Assembly (NCBI GenBank): GCA_951406725.2
Contig: OX597820.1
Span: forward strand, 12,152,001-12,216,000
Length of the DNA: 64,000 nt
Direction: 5' to 3'
From: Octopus vulgaris
Taxonomy: Eukaryota
Every line of letters starts with the position of its first letter. The stretch's first letter is position 1. This document shows positions 14,352-28,365 of this stretch, in pieces. Position numbers and translations under genes: made by a program. A model generated the notes under the pieces. That model saw only the letters and a list, made by a program, of their open reading frames with translations, was not told the DNA's origin and did no database searches.

Positions 14352-14950
14352 TAAAAGTGTCGATGTTTGAAATCTTCGCTCAGAACAGCACGATACTTGA
14401 GTCGAAGCTGAAGTATATTAGATGGGTAGCAACGTTTTAACAGCAAGGTGAAGTTAATCGAAGCTACTGACTATCTTGCAATCCAACAAAACAAATATAA
14501 ATATTTCTCTCTTTCGATTGCGCAAATGTTGCTATTGACTATTCAAAAACTCTGAAATGAACTTGAATCTTCCACTTTATGAAAAGCTATCTTAGAAAGT
14601 AGTATGCATGTTGATTGGCCTGTTCAGAATACTCTGTTCCAAAGATGCTATCGAAATTTATGTGAGGCAAGTAGGAGCATCTTGCTTTCATTGTCTCCTT
14701 TGTTTGTTGTTTCACATGTAATTTGACGAAATATTATGGTACAGCAAGGTTTTTGCAACAAAATCAAACTGAAATAGTTTGAAAATGACTCTAAGAATCG
14801 AGTTCTTTAAACGTTGCTCTTACTATGCACAAGTTACTTGAATGAAGTGAACTCATTCTCCATTTACGAAGTGGACAGCAATTTGTTGAAGACTGAGGTA
14901 TCTTCAAAAATGCAAAAGACAAGAAAGATCTACAAGTTCTCATGACATCT
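14352..14950 (+). pseudogene. Possible highly decayed hAT (Charlie/Buster-like) transposase remnant
   Basis: Frameshifted traces only: GAAGTA..AGATGG (EVRW-like) near 14410-14425 and NELNLPL-like near 14555-14580; an FCII (HCIIH-like) trace lies just before the Helitron. Confidence 0.3.
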
Positions 14951-15126
14951 GATGAATTCTAGCTGTACTTACATAATGATATTAAACATATGTACACATC
15001 TACATGCAAATACACAAGCATGCAAAGCTTTAAATAAATACACACACACATGTATACATTTTTGCGTATACATACAGACTACACATGTAATAAACAGGTG
15101 TGCATATATATATATGTATGTTTGTT

Positions 15127-15384
15127 TGGTTAGGGCAGCGGACTTGCGGTTGTAGGATCGCAATTTCGATTCCCAGATCGGGCGTTGTGAGTGTTTATTG
15201 AGTGAAAACACCTAAAGTTCCACGAGGCTCTTTTGCCATAACTTTCTCTCACTCTTTATTCTGTTGGCCTGGTCGCTTAGCCAGCGGGGTGGCGTCATTT
15301 GAAGGCTAAAACAATGCGAAGCGCATTGTGTCCAACGATGTGTAGCAACATCTAATACCCTAGTCGGTCACGGTGAACACGGTA

Positions 15385-15387
<3 letters not shown>
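15127..15387 (+). mobile_element. Family B SINE (internal deletion)
   Basis: Collinear with 3950-4267 but lacks the segment after CACGAGGCTC. Confidence 0.9.
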
Positions 15388-15448
<61 letters not shown>

Positions 15449-16469
15449 ATATATAGTAATAAATACACACGCAAATAGGCACACATCTATATGCATACAT
15501 ACATGGGTATATGCCTAGCACTATAAATATGCGCACAACTTCGTATGCAAATGGAACACACATGGTTTCATATATATTATACTGTTTAAATAAGAACATA
15601 TGAAGCTATGCTGATGTATTACACTATAAACTGAATTAAATGAAATAATTAAATTAATTAATGATAAATTAATAAATATAATACCGGAATTATTAAATGA
15701 AGACATTAATTGGAAAATAAAAATTAAATAAAAGTATATTGCTTCTCGAAAAGAGTATTGTGCTTACGTATATGCATATACATTCGCATATAAATTTACT
15801 TGTTAATTATATTAAAACGAGGTATGTTTAGAAAACAGGGTGCATATGAAAACGGGTGACACACAGAATATACTTGGAGAAAAATGGTGGCATATAAAAC
15901 ATCTTGTGAAGTAATGTGGTATGTATAAACGGATTACAGACACTGTGTGTATAAGGATGAAATCTATAAGGGGCGTGTATATAGGGCGGAGTTTAGTATA
16001 ATAGTAGAGAACCACAGACAAAGAAATGAAAATGCATAGAAGAGAGGGATAAATGGAAGCCTTTTGATATAATCCAGAGTTAGTGTAAAATATTATCCAG
16101 CAAGTTGAAGAATTTTAGAATAAATTACCTTCGGTAGGGATTGGCGGAAATCATTTCAAGTTTAGAACTTAGTAGGCTAAATGGTTATATAAGTGTACTG
16201 AATTTTTCAACTAAGCAAAGGCTGGTGGCATTTGTGGTCATTGAAGCGGATTTGATAACAAGCCATCTATTTTATAGTTGGAGATACCCTTATCTTTCAA
16301 ACTCCAGGTGTACTTTGAACGTGTTGCTACTGTTATTTTATCTGCATCAATAAACACACATGCATGTTGAGTATATCTAAATTTGAATGAGTTCTCCGTA
16401 AGACCTGCATATACATTGCTCTATAATTAACAATTAACTAAAATGGATTGGTTGGGACTTCTATATCCC

Positions 16470-17230
16470 CATTCTGTTTTCTTTAACAATATAGGCTACT
16501 TGTATGACAATTTTTGTTTTAATATAGAGAGCCCTAGCATAATTTTGTAGTGTCACAATATCTTGTGGAACTTGATTTAGACTTATTGCTGATGGAAAAT
16601 TTTTCAAGTCACTGATATTGTGCGGACATATGTTTTGCCAAACAAGATTCACAGTTTTGCCAAAAAGGATTGACAGTTTCACTTCATCCAACGACTAATA
16701 TCTGCTATTCATTGCATATAATCTGATGACATTTTCCAGAGATACACTAAATGTGGGTTTCTTCACTCTGAATTAATTTTGTGAGTTGTTTCAAGATTCT
16801 CCGACAATATGCCTTGACTTTAGCTATTCCACTTTTTCCTCCAATAACACAACTTCCTTGCTCCAGTCAATGGAGCAAAGAAGTTGTGTTATTGTGAATA
16901 TATTTCACTCATGAGTTAACAGATAGATAATTTAAGTTCACTGGATAGCTTGAATCAGTATCCAAAATAAAGAAGGCTTCGTTGATAATACACTGGTATT
17001 GTACTCTAGGCTAAAAAAATATATGTAAAAGGCTCGTTGTTTGGGAAAGTCTCGTGGTCATCCAAGCTTCCTTTTTAATCACAGGCCCATTAGACTTATG
17101 CCATTAAAGTCCTTAAAAACTCTTTAAAAAGAATTAGCATTCTGGGAGTGCTACACAAATATGGAAGTGAATTTATCATCATTAGCAGCGTTTCCACCCA
17201 GCAATAACATATTTTCGTGACAACTGTATA
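16470..17230 (-). pseudogene. Tigger/pogo (DDE_1) transposase fossil
   Basis: Manual minus-strand translation gives ordered motifs LLLGGNAA (17184-17207), KEAWMT (about 17056-17073), AFFILDTDSSYP (cf. LLILDNAPGHP), NTTSLL, KAYCRR and DEVK..VWQNICP, with stops and frameshifts. Confidence 0.75.
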
Positions 17231-17353
17231 CAATAATACAGAAGAATAACTAACCCGATATTCCACATTGTGTTCAGAATTTAATGGTGACATTTTACAA
17301 TTTCATAAATGCTGAAACGAGAGATTCCACAAAGAGTAATTACGACTCGTCAG

Positions 17354-17453
<100 letters not shown>

Positions 17454-18340
17454 GACGCCGGTAAGTCATAATTACGCAGAAATTGTGCTTCTTTACATAC
17501 ATATACCTCTCTCTCTCTCTCTCTCTCTCTCTGTATATATATATATATATATATATATACATGTGTGTGTTTATCTATCTATATCTATGCGCTTGAGTCT
17601 GTCGCTTGGTTTTAAGGAATAAGAGAAGAACTCAGTACAAATGTAGAGTGGAATTGCTTATTTAGGCCTTTGCACTTACTTATTAGACCCCAGTGTCTCC
17701 AGAATGTAATTTTTCCTTAGACAGGGGAAATATAATCACATATGTTTTTCTTGTCAAACTCAATCGTCTTATCACACTTACTGAGAGTCTTTCACACCAA
17801 CAAAGATATTTTATAAATTTCGTATTTCGACTTTCTACCAACAAACATACATAGTTTGAGTCATTGAAATATTTTTTTTATATATTGTAATATATTCATT
17901 TTAATTTTCGATCTAATTGGTTTATAGAATTTGCAAACATCACAGTTTTAAATATCTCTAAAAATGATATTAAAAAATGACACAAAGTCTTGTTATATAT
18001 TCTCTATCTATCATTGTTTTGTTGTCTTCTGAAATTATATGAAAGACGTGGAAATGAATATTCTAAACACGCTTTTAAGAAGAATTTCAGCCTTTACTTT
18101 AAAGGAGAAAAATTGCAGAGAGATGATTGATAACACTATGAAATTAAAAATGTTTTAGTTCTGTAAAATAACTCAGTTAATAACTGGAAATATTTACTTA
18201 TATTTTCTTGCTTAATGCTTAATACATATTGCAAAAATATGAAGATACAATTTTAGGCTCTATTTTCAAACCTTTTACCTGCGCTAGAAGCAATTATTTT
18301 AGAATTGTTACTTTTTCTTTCGATATTTTAAATATAAATT

Positions 18341-18955
18341 AAGGAGGTGGGCTGGCAGAATTGTTATCATGCCGAGCAAAATGCTTAGTGGCGTGTCGTC
18401 TGTCTTTACATACTGGGTTCAAGTGCCGCCTGAGTCGACTTTGCCTTTCATCCTTTCAGGGTCGATAAAAGAAGTACAAGTTGAACAGTGGAGTCAGTGT
18501 AATCGTCTAAGCCCCTCCTCCGAAATTGCTGGCGTTGTGCCAAAATTTGAAACTTAATGTTTTAAATAAACATTAAGGTGGTGAGCTGGCAGAATCGTAT
18601 TCACGTCGGGAAAAATGCTTAGCGGTATTCCGTCCGTCTTTACATTCTAATTTCAAAACCTTTCATCCTTTCGAGATCGATATAAGTGCCTGTTGAGCGC
18701 TGGGGACGATGGACTCTACTAACCCCCTCCACCAAAATTGCTGGCCGAGTGCCAAAATATGAAGTCAATATTATAAATACAATAATGGTGGAGATTGGTA
18801 GTTACTTCAATTGTTTACCTTCAGTGTTCAAATCCTGTCAATTTTTGCCATTCATCCTATCGAGGTCGATAAATTAAAGTTCGACACTAGTACCAGGGAA
18901 AAGATAATCAACTATCTCCTCAAAACAGCTAGCTTTGCAGCTAAATTAGAAACAC
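18341..18955 (+). mobile_element. Three tandem, progressively degenerate family A SINE copies
   Basis: Heads AAGGAGGTGGGCTGGCAGAA (18341) and AAGGTGGTGAGCTGGCAGAA (about 18574); each has TTCATCCT..GTCGATA and a CCAAAAT..GAA-type tail. Confidence 0.8.
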
Positions 18956-19459
18956 TATTTAAAATTTGAGGGCTGTTTCGACACCAAATGAGACCCATGC
19001 CGATAGAAGTTGTATCACTTTAAAATTAATGTTCCTAAATTTTGGCGTAAGTTATAATCTATCAAACAAACTGATAATAAACTAATAGTTATTTATAAAT
19101 CATTTTGTTGAGAAATAAAAATCAATTAGAATTCAAAATATATAAGTCGTAACGAGCATGCATTAAAGTGTATTGTTCAGTGACTTACTGGCTATGTGTA
19201 CCTTACGCTTCGAAATTTAATAATGCTTTCTTACATATGCACATGATCACACATAGTGGAGGCGAACAAAGTCAAATAAATCGATTCTAATAATTTGACC
19301 AGTACTTATTTAACGAATGTAGAAGAATGAAAGGTGAACTCGAACTGGAAACGCTGAATGTAAAGCGATACGTTAATAAATACTGCAAGAAATTTTTTTC
19401 CGTGGAGAAGCAGCCAACCGGTTGTGTGATCACTGCTTTGTTCACTTTGATAATAATGG

Positions 19460-20085
19460 TTTCAAATTTTGGCACAAGGCCTGCAAGCTCGGCGGGAAGG
19501 GTATCTCTCGCTTACATCGACTACAGTGCTCAACTGGAGCTTATATCTTATCGACTCTGAAGGATGAAAGGCAGAGTGGAACTCGGCAGAATTTGAATTC
19601 AGAACGTGAAGACGAACGAAGTATCTATTTATTTATTACCCACAAGGGGCTAAACATAGAGGGGACAAACAATAACAGACAAACGGATTAAGTCCATTAC
19701 ATCGACCCCAGTGCGTAACTGGTACTTAATTTATCGACCCCGAAAGGATGAAAGTCGACCTCGGCGGAATTTGAACTCAGAACGTAACGGCAGACGAAGT
19801 ACCGCTAACCATTTTGCCCGACGTGCTAACGATTTTGCCTGCTCGTACCTTATCTACTTTTATAATAATCCTTTCTACTACTAATGGCACAAAGCCTGCA
19901 GTTTGTGGGAGAGATGACTAGTCGATTACATCAACCCATTTTTCACTGGTACATAGTTTACCGACCCCGAAAGGATGAAAGGCAAAGTCGACCTCGGCAC
20001 AATTTGAATTAAGAAGATAAAAATAGACGAAAAAGCGCGAAGCAGTTTTGCTGGCGTGCTAACAATTCTACCAGCTCGCCGCCTT
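19460..20085 (-). mobile_element. Dimeric family A SINE (19460-19850) plus another copy (19870-20085)
   Basis: Two bodies joined at a tail/body junction near 19625; third copy ends CCAGCTCGCCGCCTT. Confidence 0.85.
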
Positions 20086-21069
20086 GTCTTCTGTTATAAT
20101 AAGATGAAAGATATGTCACAAAAATACTGTGATTAACAAGTCACAGGAATACACAATGAACTTGAATATTCAAACATTATGATATTTCAGTTGATAGTCT
20201 AAGTATATAATATGGGTCTCTAATGACTAGCAAGATTGTCTTTGGCATATATTCGAAATTGGCTGTCAAGTAGCCATATGCTTGAGGACATTCTAGCCAT
20301 AATCAACTTGTCTTTTTCAGACCTACACCAAGGACTAGACCATCTTCCACCGTCTGCCTCAACAGATTTAATTAGTACTTTAAGTGACAGCAACGACATA
20401 AAGATTCATGATACAAAACTCTATAATGATAACGATAATGACAATAACCGAAATAAAGATAACACCGATAATGTCAACCACAAAATTAATGTTATCTTAA
20501 TTACAGTAATCTTATTAATACTGAGTGTTGCCATTGTACAACTATGATTAGCCTCATGAGTTTGGGTATGTGCAATAGTATTTTCTGTATTGATTTTACT
20601 CTAAGTGGTATGTTTAGAACACATAGTAATGCTATATTTTAATATTTTGTATCTATGTAAGTCTATGAGGACCAAATACTTGCATTCTAGGAATTGATTT
20701 TGATTATAGCAATTCTATTTATATTTGGATAAATATTCGAATTTGTTTCAAATGTGTTCATCCTTTAATGTTCATACATAGCCAGGAGAAGTATTTTCTC
20801 TGATGGATTTTGAACTATATCATTAATCTGATTTAGATTTCTTTTATTTTTTTATTTCAAAGATCGAGTTGTCTGTAGTTGTGACTAAACGCATTTCCTT
20901 CTGTTCTCTACACCAGTAGCACAGGAAACTTCAAACTAGTATGTACAAGAATATGAACACGAGAGAACACATGCAAGAGAATATATTTTAGGCTCTATAT
21001 AGGGGATAAACTTTGTCAAAGAGCAATGCGAGAACTATTTCTATAAATACATACAACAAATTATATTAG

Positions 21070-21365
21070 TTTCAAATTTTCGTACAAGGCCAAGAATTTT
21101 AGTGGAAGTTCTAAGTAGATTGCACCGGCCCTTGTGTTCAACTGGTACTTATTTTATCGACCCCGTAAAAACAGCTAAGCACTGCTAAGCACTTTTTCCA
21201 GCACGGTAACGATTCTGCTAAAAATCATACTGGTATCAAATTTTTGCACAAAGCCAGCAAGTTCGTGGTGGGAGTAAATCGTTTACATCGACCCCAGTAC
21301 TCGACTGATACTTATTTTATCGAGCTCGAAAGGATGAAAAGTAAAGTCGATCTCGGTGGAATTTG
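21070..21365 (-). mobile_element. Two family A SINE fragments
   Basis: ACTGGTACTTATTTTATCGACCCC and GAAAGGATGAAAAGTAAAGTCGATCTCGG. Confidence 0.75.
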
Positions 21366-22601
21366 AAAATGAAACAAATTATATTAAAAGATTATGTGCA
21401 GAATAATAATATAATTAAAATATACAGAAGTGCATGTAATGGGTTATATGAATGAAGTCTTCAAATAAAGTTTCACGGCTTTGAATAGACGTTCAGTTGC
21501 AAATTCAGTATCCGTTTGGGTGTGCACACTTTCCTATCTCATCTGTGTTTCGATATTGTCGATATGTTGACTGAGGACTCTGCAGCCTAATATTTAGATA
21601 GCATTGAGATGAAAGAAAAAAATTTAATCTGTTTCTACGTGTAATGGAAGACGAACCTTGTTATGCAATAATATATTATTTACACACGTTAACGTTGAAT
21701 CATGGGAGTTTAATATAAGAACACCCGGTGGAATTGATCGCACGTTATTTTATTGCAAAATTGGTGCAATTTCCATTTGTAATATGCTCTCGAGGAAATC
21801 TGTTGGTATACATCAACGACCTGGAGACTTCATATTGTCTAAAATAGTGTTCATAAATTAAATCCTTTATAATATGCTTGTGTGTTTAATTCTCTAAATA
21901 TTATTTGCAGGTAGGGTTGAATATTTTTGATGTTCGAATTTGGGTAGCAGTGTACAAACTAATATGCATAAACAGGTTATTGATAGAGCCGTTAACTGAA
22001 AAATACTTTTGATAATCACCAAGAGAATCTGAGCAAGTACCATTTAGGTTGTGCTCTTAAAGATTGTATTTGATTACTGAGAAGAAAGATTGGTCGAGAT
22101 TCAAAGATACACGTGCAGTATGATTAAGGAGGAAAGATAAATAGATGTATACAGTTTCTCTTCATTCGTATAAGATACAGATAATTATTTTAGGTAACTG
22201 TTAACGATAGTGTTTATGTAGGACTGCTCAGAACAATCCAGCTAAAGAATAGACTTTTCGTCATGTATGGCATATGTGGTAAGAGGTTGAGATTTTATGT
22301 CTGATTTACTATGGAGGATAATTCACTTTTCCTTTGCTTTCAGTATCCTTTGTCTCTTAATAATTATGAAACTAGCCACGAGTTTATTATTAAAGGGGGA
22401 TCTGAAAAAGAAAGATATTCAACTATTTGTTAACAATATCAAAACCAAAGCTTTTGGGAGATGTTTTAATGTGGATTTGTGGCGTGTTAACTGTCCCGTA
22501 ATAGAACACTTGTATATCTCCATAATTCAGCGGTTTTCTTAATTGTCTTAATATTTAATCATTGTAAGTTCTGATCTTCGGGCGTAACACAGAGCTTTTC
22601 A

Positions 22602-22700
22602 TTGCCCAAGTTGTCACCTAGTGGAACTGAACCCGGAGCCACGTAGTCAGGAAGCAAACATTATACCACACAGCCACGCCTGCGTGTATCTGTATATATG

Positions 22701-22766
<66 letters not shown>

Positions 22767-22793
22767 GTATATATGTATATATATGTATATATG

Positions 22794-22824
<31 letters not shown>

Positions 22825-22863
22825 GTATATATGTATATATATGTATATATGTATATATATGTA

Positions 22864-22920
<57 letters not shown>

Positions 22921-22967
22921 GTATATATATGTATATATGTATATATATATATATGTATATATATGTA

Positions 22968-23023
<56 letters not shown>

Positions 23024-23505
23024 GTGTGTGTCTCCGTGTTCGTGTATCTGTGTGTATATACATGTGTATATGTATATGTGCGTGCGTTTGTATTCACAGG
23101 ACAACCATTTCTTCGTCACATGTATATACGTAAGAGGCAGAAAACAATGCAATCTCAAAAAGATGAGAAAGTCTTAGTAAGATATGTTTCCAGAAATTTC
23201 TTTCTTAAAAGCAGCTTATTAAAGTATTTTTTCAAACAATATGCAGTCCATGCACATAATTTTGCACAGAAATTCAGAAATTCCCATTCTGACATGTGAC
23301 GACAGTGAAATCTGATAAAGTAATAAACAAGCTATAATGAAACGCGGTGCTCCAGAATGGCCGCAGTCAAATAAATGACTGGAACATGTAAAAGAATAAC
23401 AATGCCCTTTTCTCGTTCGTTCTTCCCATAGAACTTGCTCAAACGCCTCTATTATTCTACACCTCGAGTAACCGCAAAGTAATTACCACTTATTCGCGCA
23501 AATAC
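22602..23505. repeat. Composite local duplication (templated-insertion chain): A + inverted B + C
   Basis: 22602-23115 matches 24592-25219; 23125-23288 is the reverse complement of 23510-23672; 23289-23505 matches 24032-24248. Confidence 0.93.
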
Positions 23506-24489
23506 ATGCAATGGGAATTCTGAATTTCTGTGCAAAATTATGTGCATGGACTGCATATTGTTTGAAAAAATACTTTAATAAGCTGCTTTTAAGAAAGAAA
23601 TTTCTGGAAACATATCTTACTAAGACTTTCTCATCTTTTTGAGATTGCATTGTTTTCTGCCTCTTACGTATAATCGATAATTTGATTAAATGTCTTCGGG
23701 TTAAAATTTGGATCCTACATATGGCTGATTCCCGTTGTAATTATTAATATGAGAAAAGCACATGCTAGTTCTATTCCTGGGTATTTGCCAAACACATATC
23801 ACCCCCAAAACTGTATTAATCTGTGAAATGCAGCCTTGTCTTTGCCAAAAACAAAGTATTAAGGAACAAATTAGATTTATATACACCGAGGAATGTGATA
23901 AATTAGTGAAAAAGTACAAGATACAATATCGGAGCAACTTTGGAGACAAAAAGAAAGCAAGACAAGAAAAGCAGAGACAGCGGATACTTTTACGTAATAC
24001 ACAATTTTGGGGTCAAAAACTTAAAAGTAAACTGACATGTGACGACAGTGAAATCTGATGAATTCATAAGCAAGCTATAAGGAAATGCGGTGCTCCAGAA
24101 TGGCCGCAGTCAAATAAATGACTGGAAAATGTAAAAGAATAACAATGCCCTTTTCTCGTTCGTTCTTCCCATACAACTTGCTCAAACGCCTCTATTATTC
24201 TACACCTCGAGTAACCGCAAAGTAATTACCACTTATTCGCGCAAATACGTGTGGGACTGCTGCTGTTAAGTTTAGAGAACCATGTGCGGTCTGCTTCCAG
24301 TACAGTAGTTAATAACTATGCATAGTAGATATTAGTTCTTTGTAACGTAATGCAATAATACGTTCCCCGATGATCCGTTGTGGTTAAGCATTCAATTGCC
24401 TTTGGAACATCAAAACAACCACAATGGCTTAATGTACATAAGAATAATAATTTAAATTTGTGTTTATCGTAATTTCACATGCATGCATG

Positions 24490-24672
24490 CTTGCATGTAT
24501 GTATGTATGTAGACGATGGGCTTCTTTCAATATCCGACTACCAAGTCCACTCATAAGGCTTTGGTCGCCCCGTGTTTACAGTAGAAGACACTTGCCCAAG
24601 TTGTCACGCAGTGGAACTGAACCCGGAACCATGTGGTTAGGAAACAAACTTTATACCACACAGCCACGCCTG
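24490..24672 (-). mobile_element. SINE family C, 5' part (tRNA head)
   Basis: Reverse complement: GCAGGCGTGGCTGTGTGGTA..GGTTCCGGGTTCAGTTCCACTGCGTGACAACTTGGGCAAGTGTCTTCTAC. Confidence 0.85.
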
Positions 24673-24689
24673 CGTGTATCTGTATATAT

Positions 24690-25130
<441 letters not shown>

Positions 25131-26168
25131 TCCGTGTTCGTGTATCTGTGTGTATATACATATGTATGTGTATATGTATATGTGTGTGCGTTTGTATTCA
25201 CAGGACAACCATTTCTTCGCCATATTTCTTTTTCTTTTACACTTTATCCTCCTTCTAACCTTCGATCAAATTTTCTAATTCTCTCTAGAAAAGTTTAAGA
25301 CCTATAAGACATCAACTGCATTAATCTTTCAATGAGCTTGAAATTAGTAATTGCATCTTTATTTTCACTTTGTCATCCTTACTATCTGATTCGCAGTTAA
25401 TTCTCTACTTATATATAAATTGATGTATCAGTTATCTGCAATCTCCATCAAATGAATTATCTTGATTGAGGAATACTTGGTATTTATAAATTTGATATTA
25501 TACAATTCCACCTTCTCGACAGTATGTGTTTATTGGTATCTCTAAAAATCTAAAATTATAACTTTAGAGTCTAACGAGCATACTTGCGGGCAAATTACTT
25601 CATTAATTAATTGATTAATTGATTGCTTACAAAATTAATTATTGCATGGATTTACAAAAATTTATACGTACAAACCAATATATAGCGATGAAATTGTTTT
25701 TCTAACCATTCGTAACGACCCTAACCTTGTATAAAGTTACGTAGCCTCATTCTCTCCATTTTTTCCGTTTGATTGATTGCTATTATACACTGCGATAACT
25801 GCACCAACCAACTGATTGGCGAACTTCCTCACATTTACGGTTTGTACGGCACGCTCTATGGATTTAACCTATACAGATTCCCATCTTCCTCACTTGATAT
25901 TCTGTTTGCAATATTCTTCGCATGGAATGCTGGTTCGAGGTTTTCGGCTGACTGCTTCAACCCCTATTTTCTATCACTATAAACTATATAAACATACATA
26001 TGTACATGCATTTCGATGCAAAATGAGGGGAAAGGGTACCCAGTATCTATAGTAAGGTTGGTTCATTTATTCGAGATTGGGTTCTACTCTCATCTGGAGA
26101 GGAAGAACGCGTTCGTCGTTACTATTTTTTATTGTCATTGTGTCCTTCATATCGGGAAATATGAGGTG

Positions 26169-26330
26169 AAGCAGTTAATTGATGTATCATATCTTTCAAG
26201 TGTGTCTAGTGTGAAGGTTACACACACACACAGTGTCCGATATTCTTATAAGCAGTTAATTGATGTATCATATCTTTCAAGTGTGTCTAGTGTGAAGGTT
26301 ACACACACACACAGTGTCCGATATTCTTAT
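26169..26330. repeat. Perfect 81-bp tandem duplication
   Basis: AAGCAGTTAATTGATG...CCGATATTCTTAT twice (26169-26249, 26250-26330). Confidence 0.95.
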
Positions 26331-26484
26331 GCACCAAGTTTGACAGTCGTTAACTCTAATGTTTTATTCTGTTAATTCTTTGTTTTACAACTTTGAAGAA
26401 TCACATCATCACTTTTCGAAGTGTAATTCATGGTATCTGATCATATCGTGAGTTTTTTTCTTGTAAATCAATTTTTGAGAATCC

Positions 26485-26625
26485 ATTGATAGATAAAAAA
26501 ATTCGTGTTGTTTATGAATACGAGTTCCGTCGTGGAACCAATGCATCTCAATCAGCTTGAAACATCAATGAAGTGTTTGGTGAAGAATGGTGAATAAACG
26601 CACTGCCCGTTCATAGTTTGAATCA
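26485..26625 (+). pseudogene. mariner transposase N-terminal (HTH) fragment
   Basis: From 26501: IRVVYEYEFRRGTNASQSA*NINEVFGEE, similar to the mariner N-terminus pattern IR..F.FEFK.G..AAE..RNIN..FG. Confidence 0.75.
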
Positions 26626-26899
26626 TATATCAATCCAAATGTAATTTATTTTTTATTCAGTTGAAAGTTTTGTGTATTTGGTTTAAAGGTCGACTAATAC
26701 TTGATCTCGTGTAACTGATGCCACCTATATTTTTCGACGTGACTTCATAAAATTGCAGTAACGCATAATTTTAAAACAATCTTTATGATTTTCTCAAGTA
26801 CGTATGCTGTCATATTTGCGTGCACATGTTACCGACTTCATGAATTATATATCACTACCGATATTCTTACTTTCGTATACATTCTTTGATATATATATT

Positions 26900-27160
26900 G
26901 CTTTCAAATTTTGGCAAAAGGCGAATATGTTCGGGATAATGGTCAAGTCGATTACGTCGAACTCAGTGCCCATCCCGATGAGATGAAAGGCAAAGTCGGA
27001 TTCATTGAACGTGAATACGGATGCTTGTTGATTATATATATTATATGTTCCAAATTTTGGCATAAGACCAGAAATTTCGGAGGAGAGGGTTAAGTTCAAC
27101 TGTTACTTATTTTATCGATTCCGAAAGGATGAGTGGCAAAGTCAACTCTGGCAGGATTTG
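26900..27160 (-). mobile_element. Two degenerate family A SINE fragments
   Basis: GATGAAAGGCAAAGTCG and CCGAAAGGATGAGTGGCAAAGTCAAC. Confidence 0.7.
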
Positions 27161-28134
27161 ATAAGTATTAAAAACAAAAGTTTGTACGAAGTTCCTACTA
27201 GTATATTTTTGTAGTCGCTTCATTTTAGGTCTGAGCTGTTTAAGAGAGAGAAGTAAGATCTTGCGCCGAATTGGCTGTTGCGTATATTGCATGAGTTGAT
27301 GCAGTTTCGGCTAGTGAAGTTTTCTACATTGATTATAGTTATATTTGCGTTTAATTTACATTAGTGTAATGTCCATTTCTCCTTTTTGTAAATTCTGTAT
27401 TATAATCTAGTATTAAATTGGTTTAATAAGCATTAATTTATTATCTTTATGTCTAACTTTGTTTTGTCTTGCCTAAGCTCTAGCCATTTTTATTCCTGGA
27501 TGGTTATAATAGGCATTTCATGAAATTATTAGTTTGGAAATGCACACTTTGTCTTAGGTGATTTGGTGACTGTTCTATCACAAATACATGTACCTGCTTT
27601 TTTTAATATATCCCACAATTCTCATTTAGAGTTTAAATATATTTTCGACACTGTTGGCATAATTGGATTGAATGTTATTGCTTGTCAAAATCATAACGAC
27701 TTCTAATTGAGTAGCTGTGAATGGGAAGTCTATGTTTATTTAGGTAATTTTGGCTGCTTTAGTAACTAGCTGTATATACCTTGTCAGTATGTTCACTCTT
27801 TTATTCATTCTATTTGATAATTTTATGCTCTTCAGCGTTTCGACTTTTTATCTGTGCTAAAGCTTTTGGAATGTCTCATAGAAATCTAAGTTTAACTCTA
27901 ATAGTTTTAACTATTATTTAGATTTACTTTATCATGATATTATAGCAGTAATATATCTAATTGATTCTAGATTAAGGTTTCACTTGGTGATTATTGTCAG
28001 TCAGAGTGGTTTAGTCATTAAAAAATTGGATGGGTTAGCTAGTACTTGATTATAATGGATTAGTGCCAATTAGAAACACACGCACACACATACACTTATA
28101 CATAAGTGTGTGTGCAAATGCCTATATCCATACA

Positions 28135-28365
28135 CCTTTCTCGTCCAATATTCCTGGGATTATCGTGGGGGTAGAGTCCTCAGGTACCTCCTCATTAGAT
28201 ACCTTCTTCCAATCAGAAGCGATCTTCATTAGATATTCCGAATGGATTCCTAAGCGCGGCCAACTGAGGCTATAGATTCTCTCCAACTATTGCGTTCTTG
28301 GTCTACTCTTAAGTTTCCTGCTGGTTGACTTGGCTTGAAAATTCCGTCTTGCGATTCTTGTGACA
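28135..28365 (-). mobile_element. RTE-clade (Expander-like) LINE 3' end fragment
   Basis: Minus-strand translation ..QAKSTSRKLKSRPRTQ*LERIYSLSWPRLGIHSEYLMKIASD..LRTLPPR resembles the RTE C-terminus (RPRGRPRTRW...LAW.RLGIP...LLPPRP). Confidence 0.7.

Noticed and set aside
21650-21850. Possible LINE RT remnant on the minus strand (MKSPGR*CIPTDFL..IAPILQ)
   Set aside because: Only one weak KSPGPDGIP-like motif; downstream RT motifs not found.
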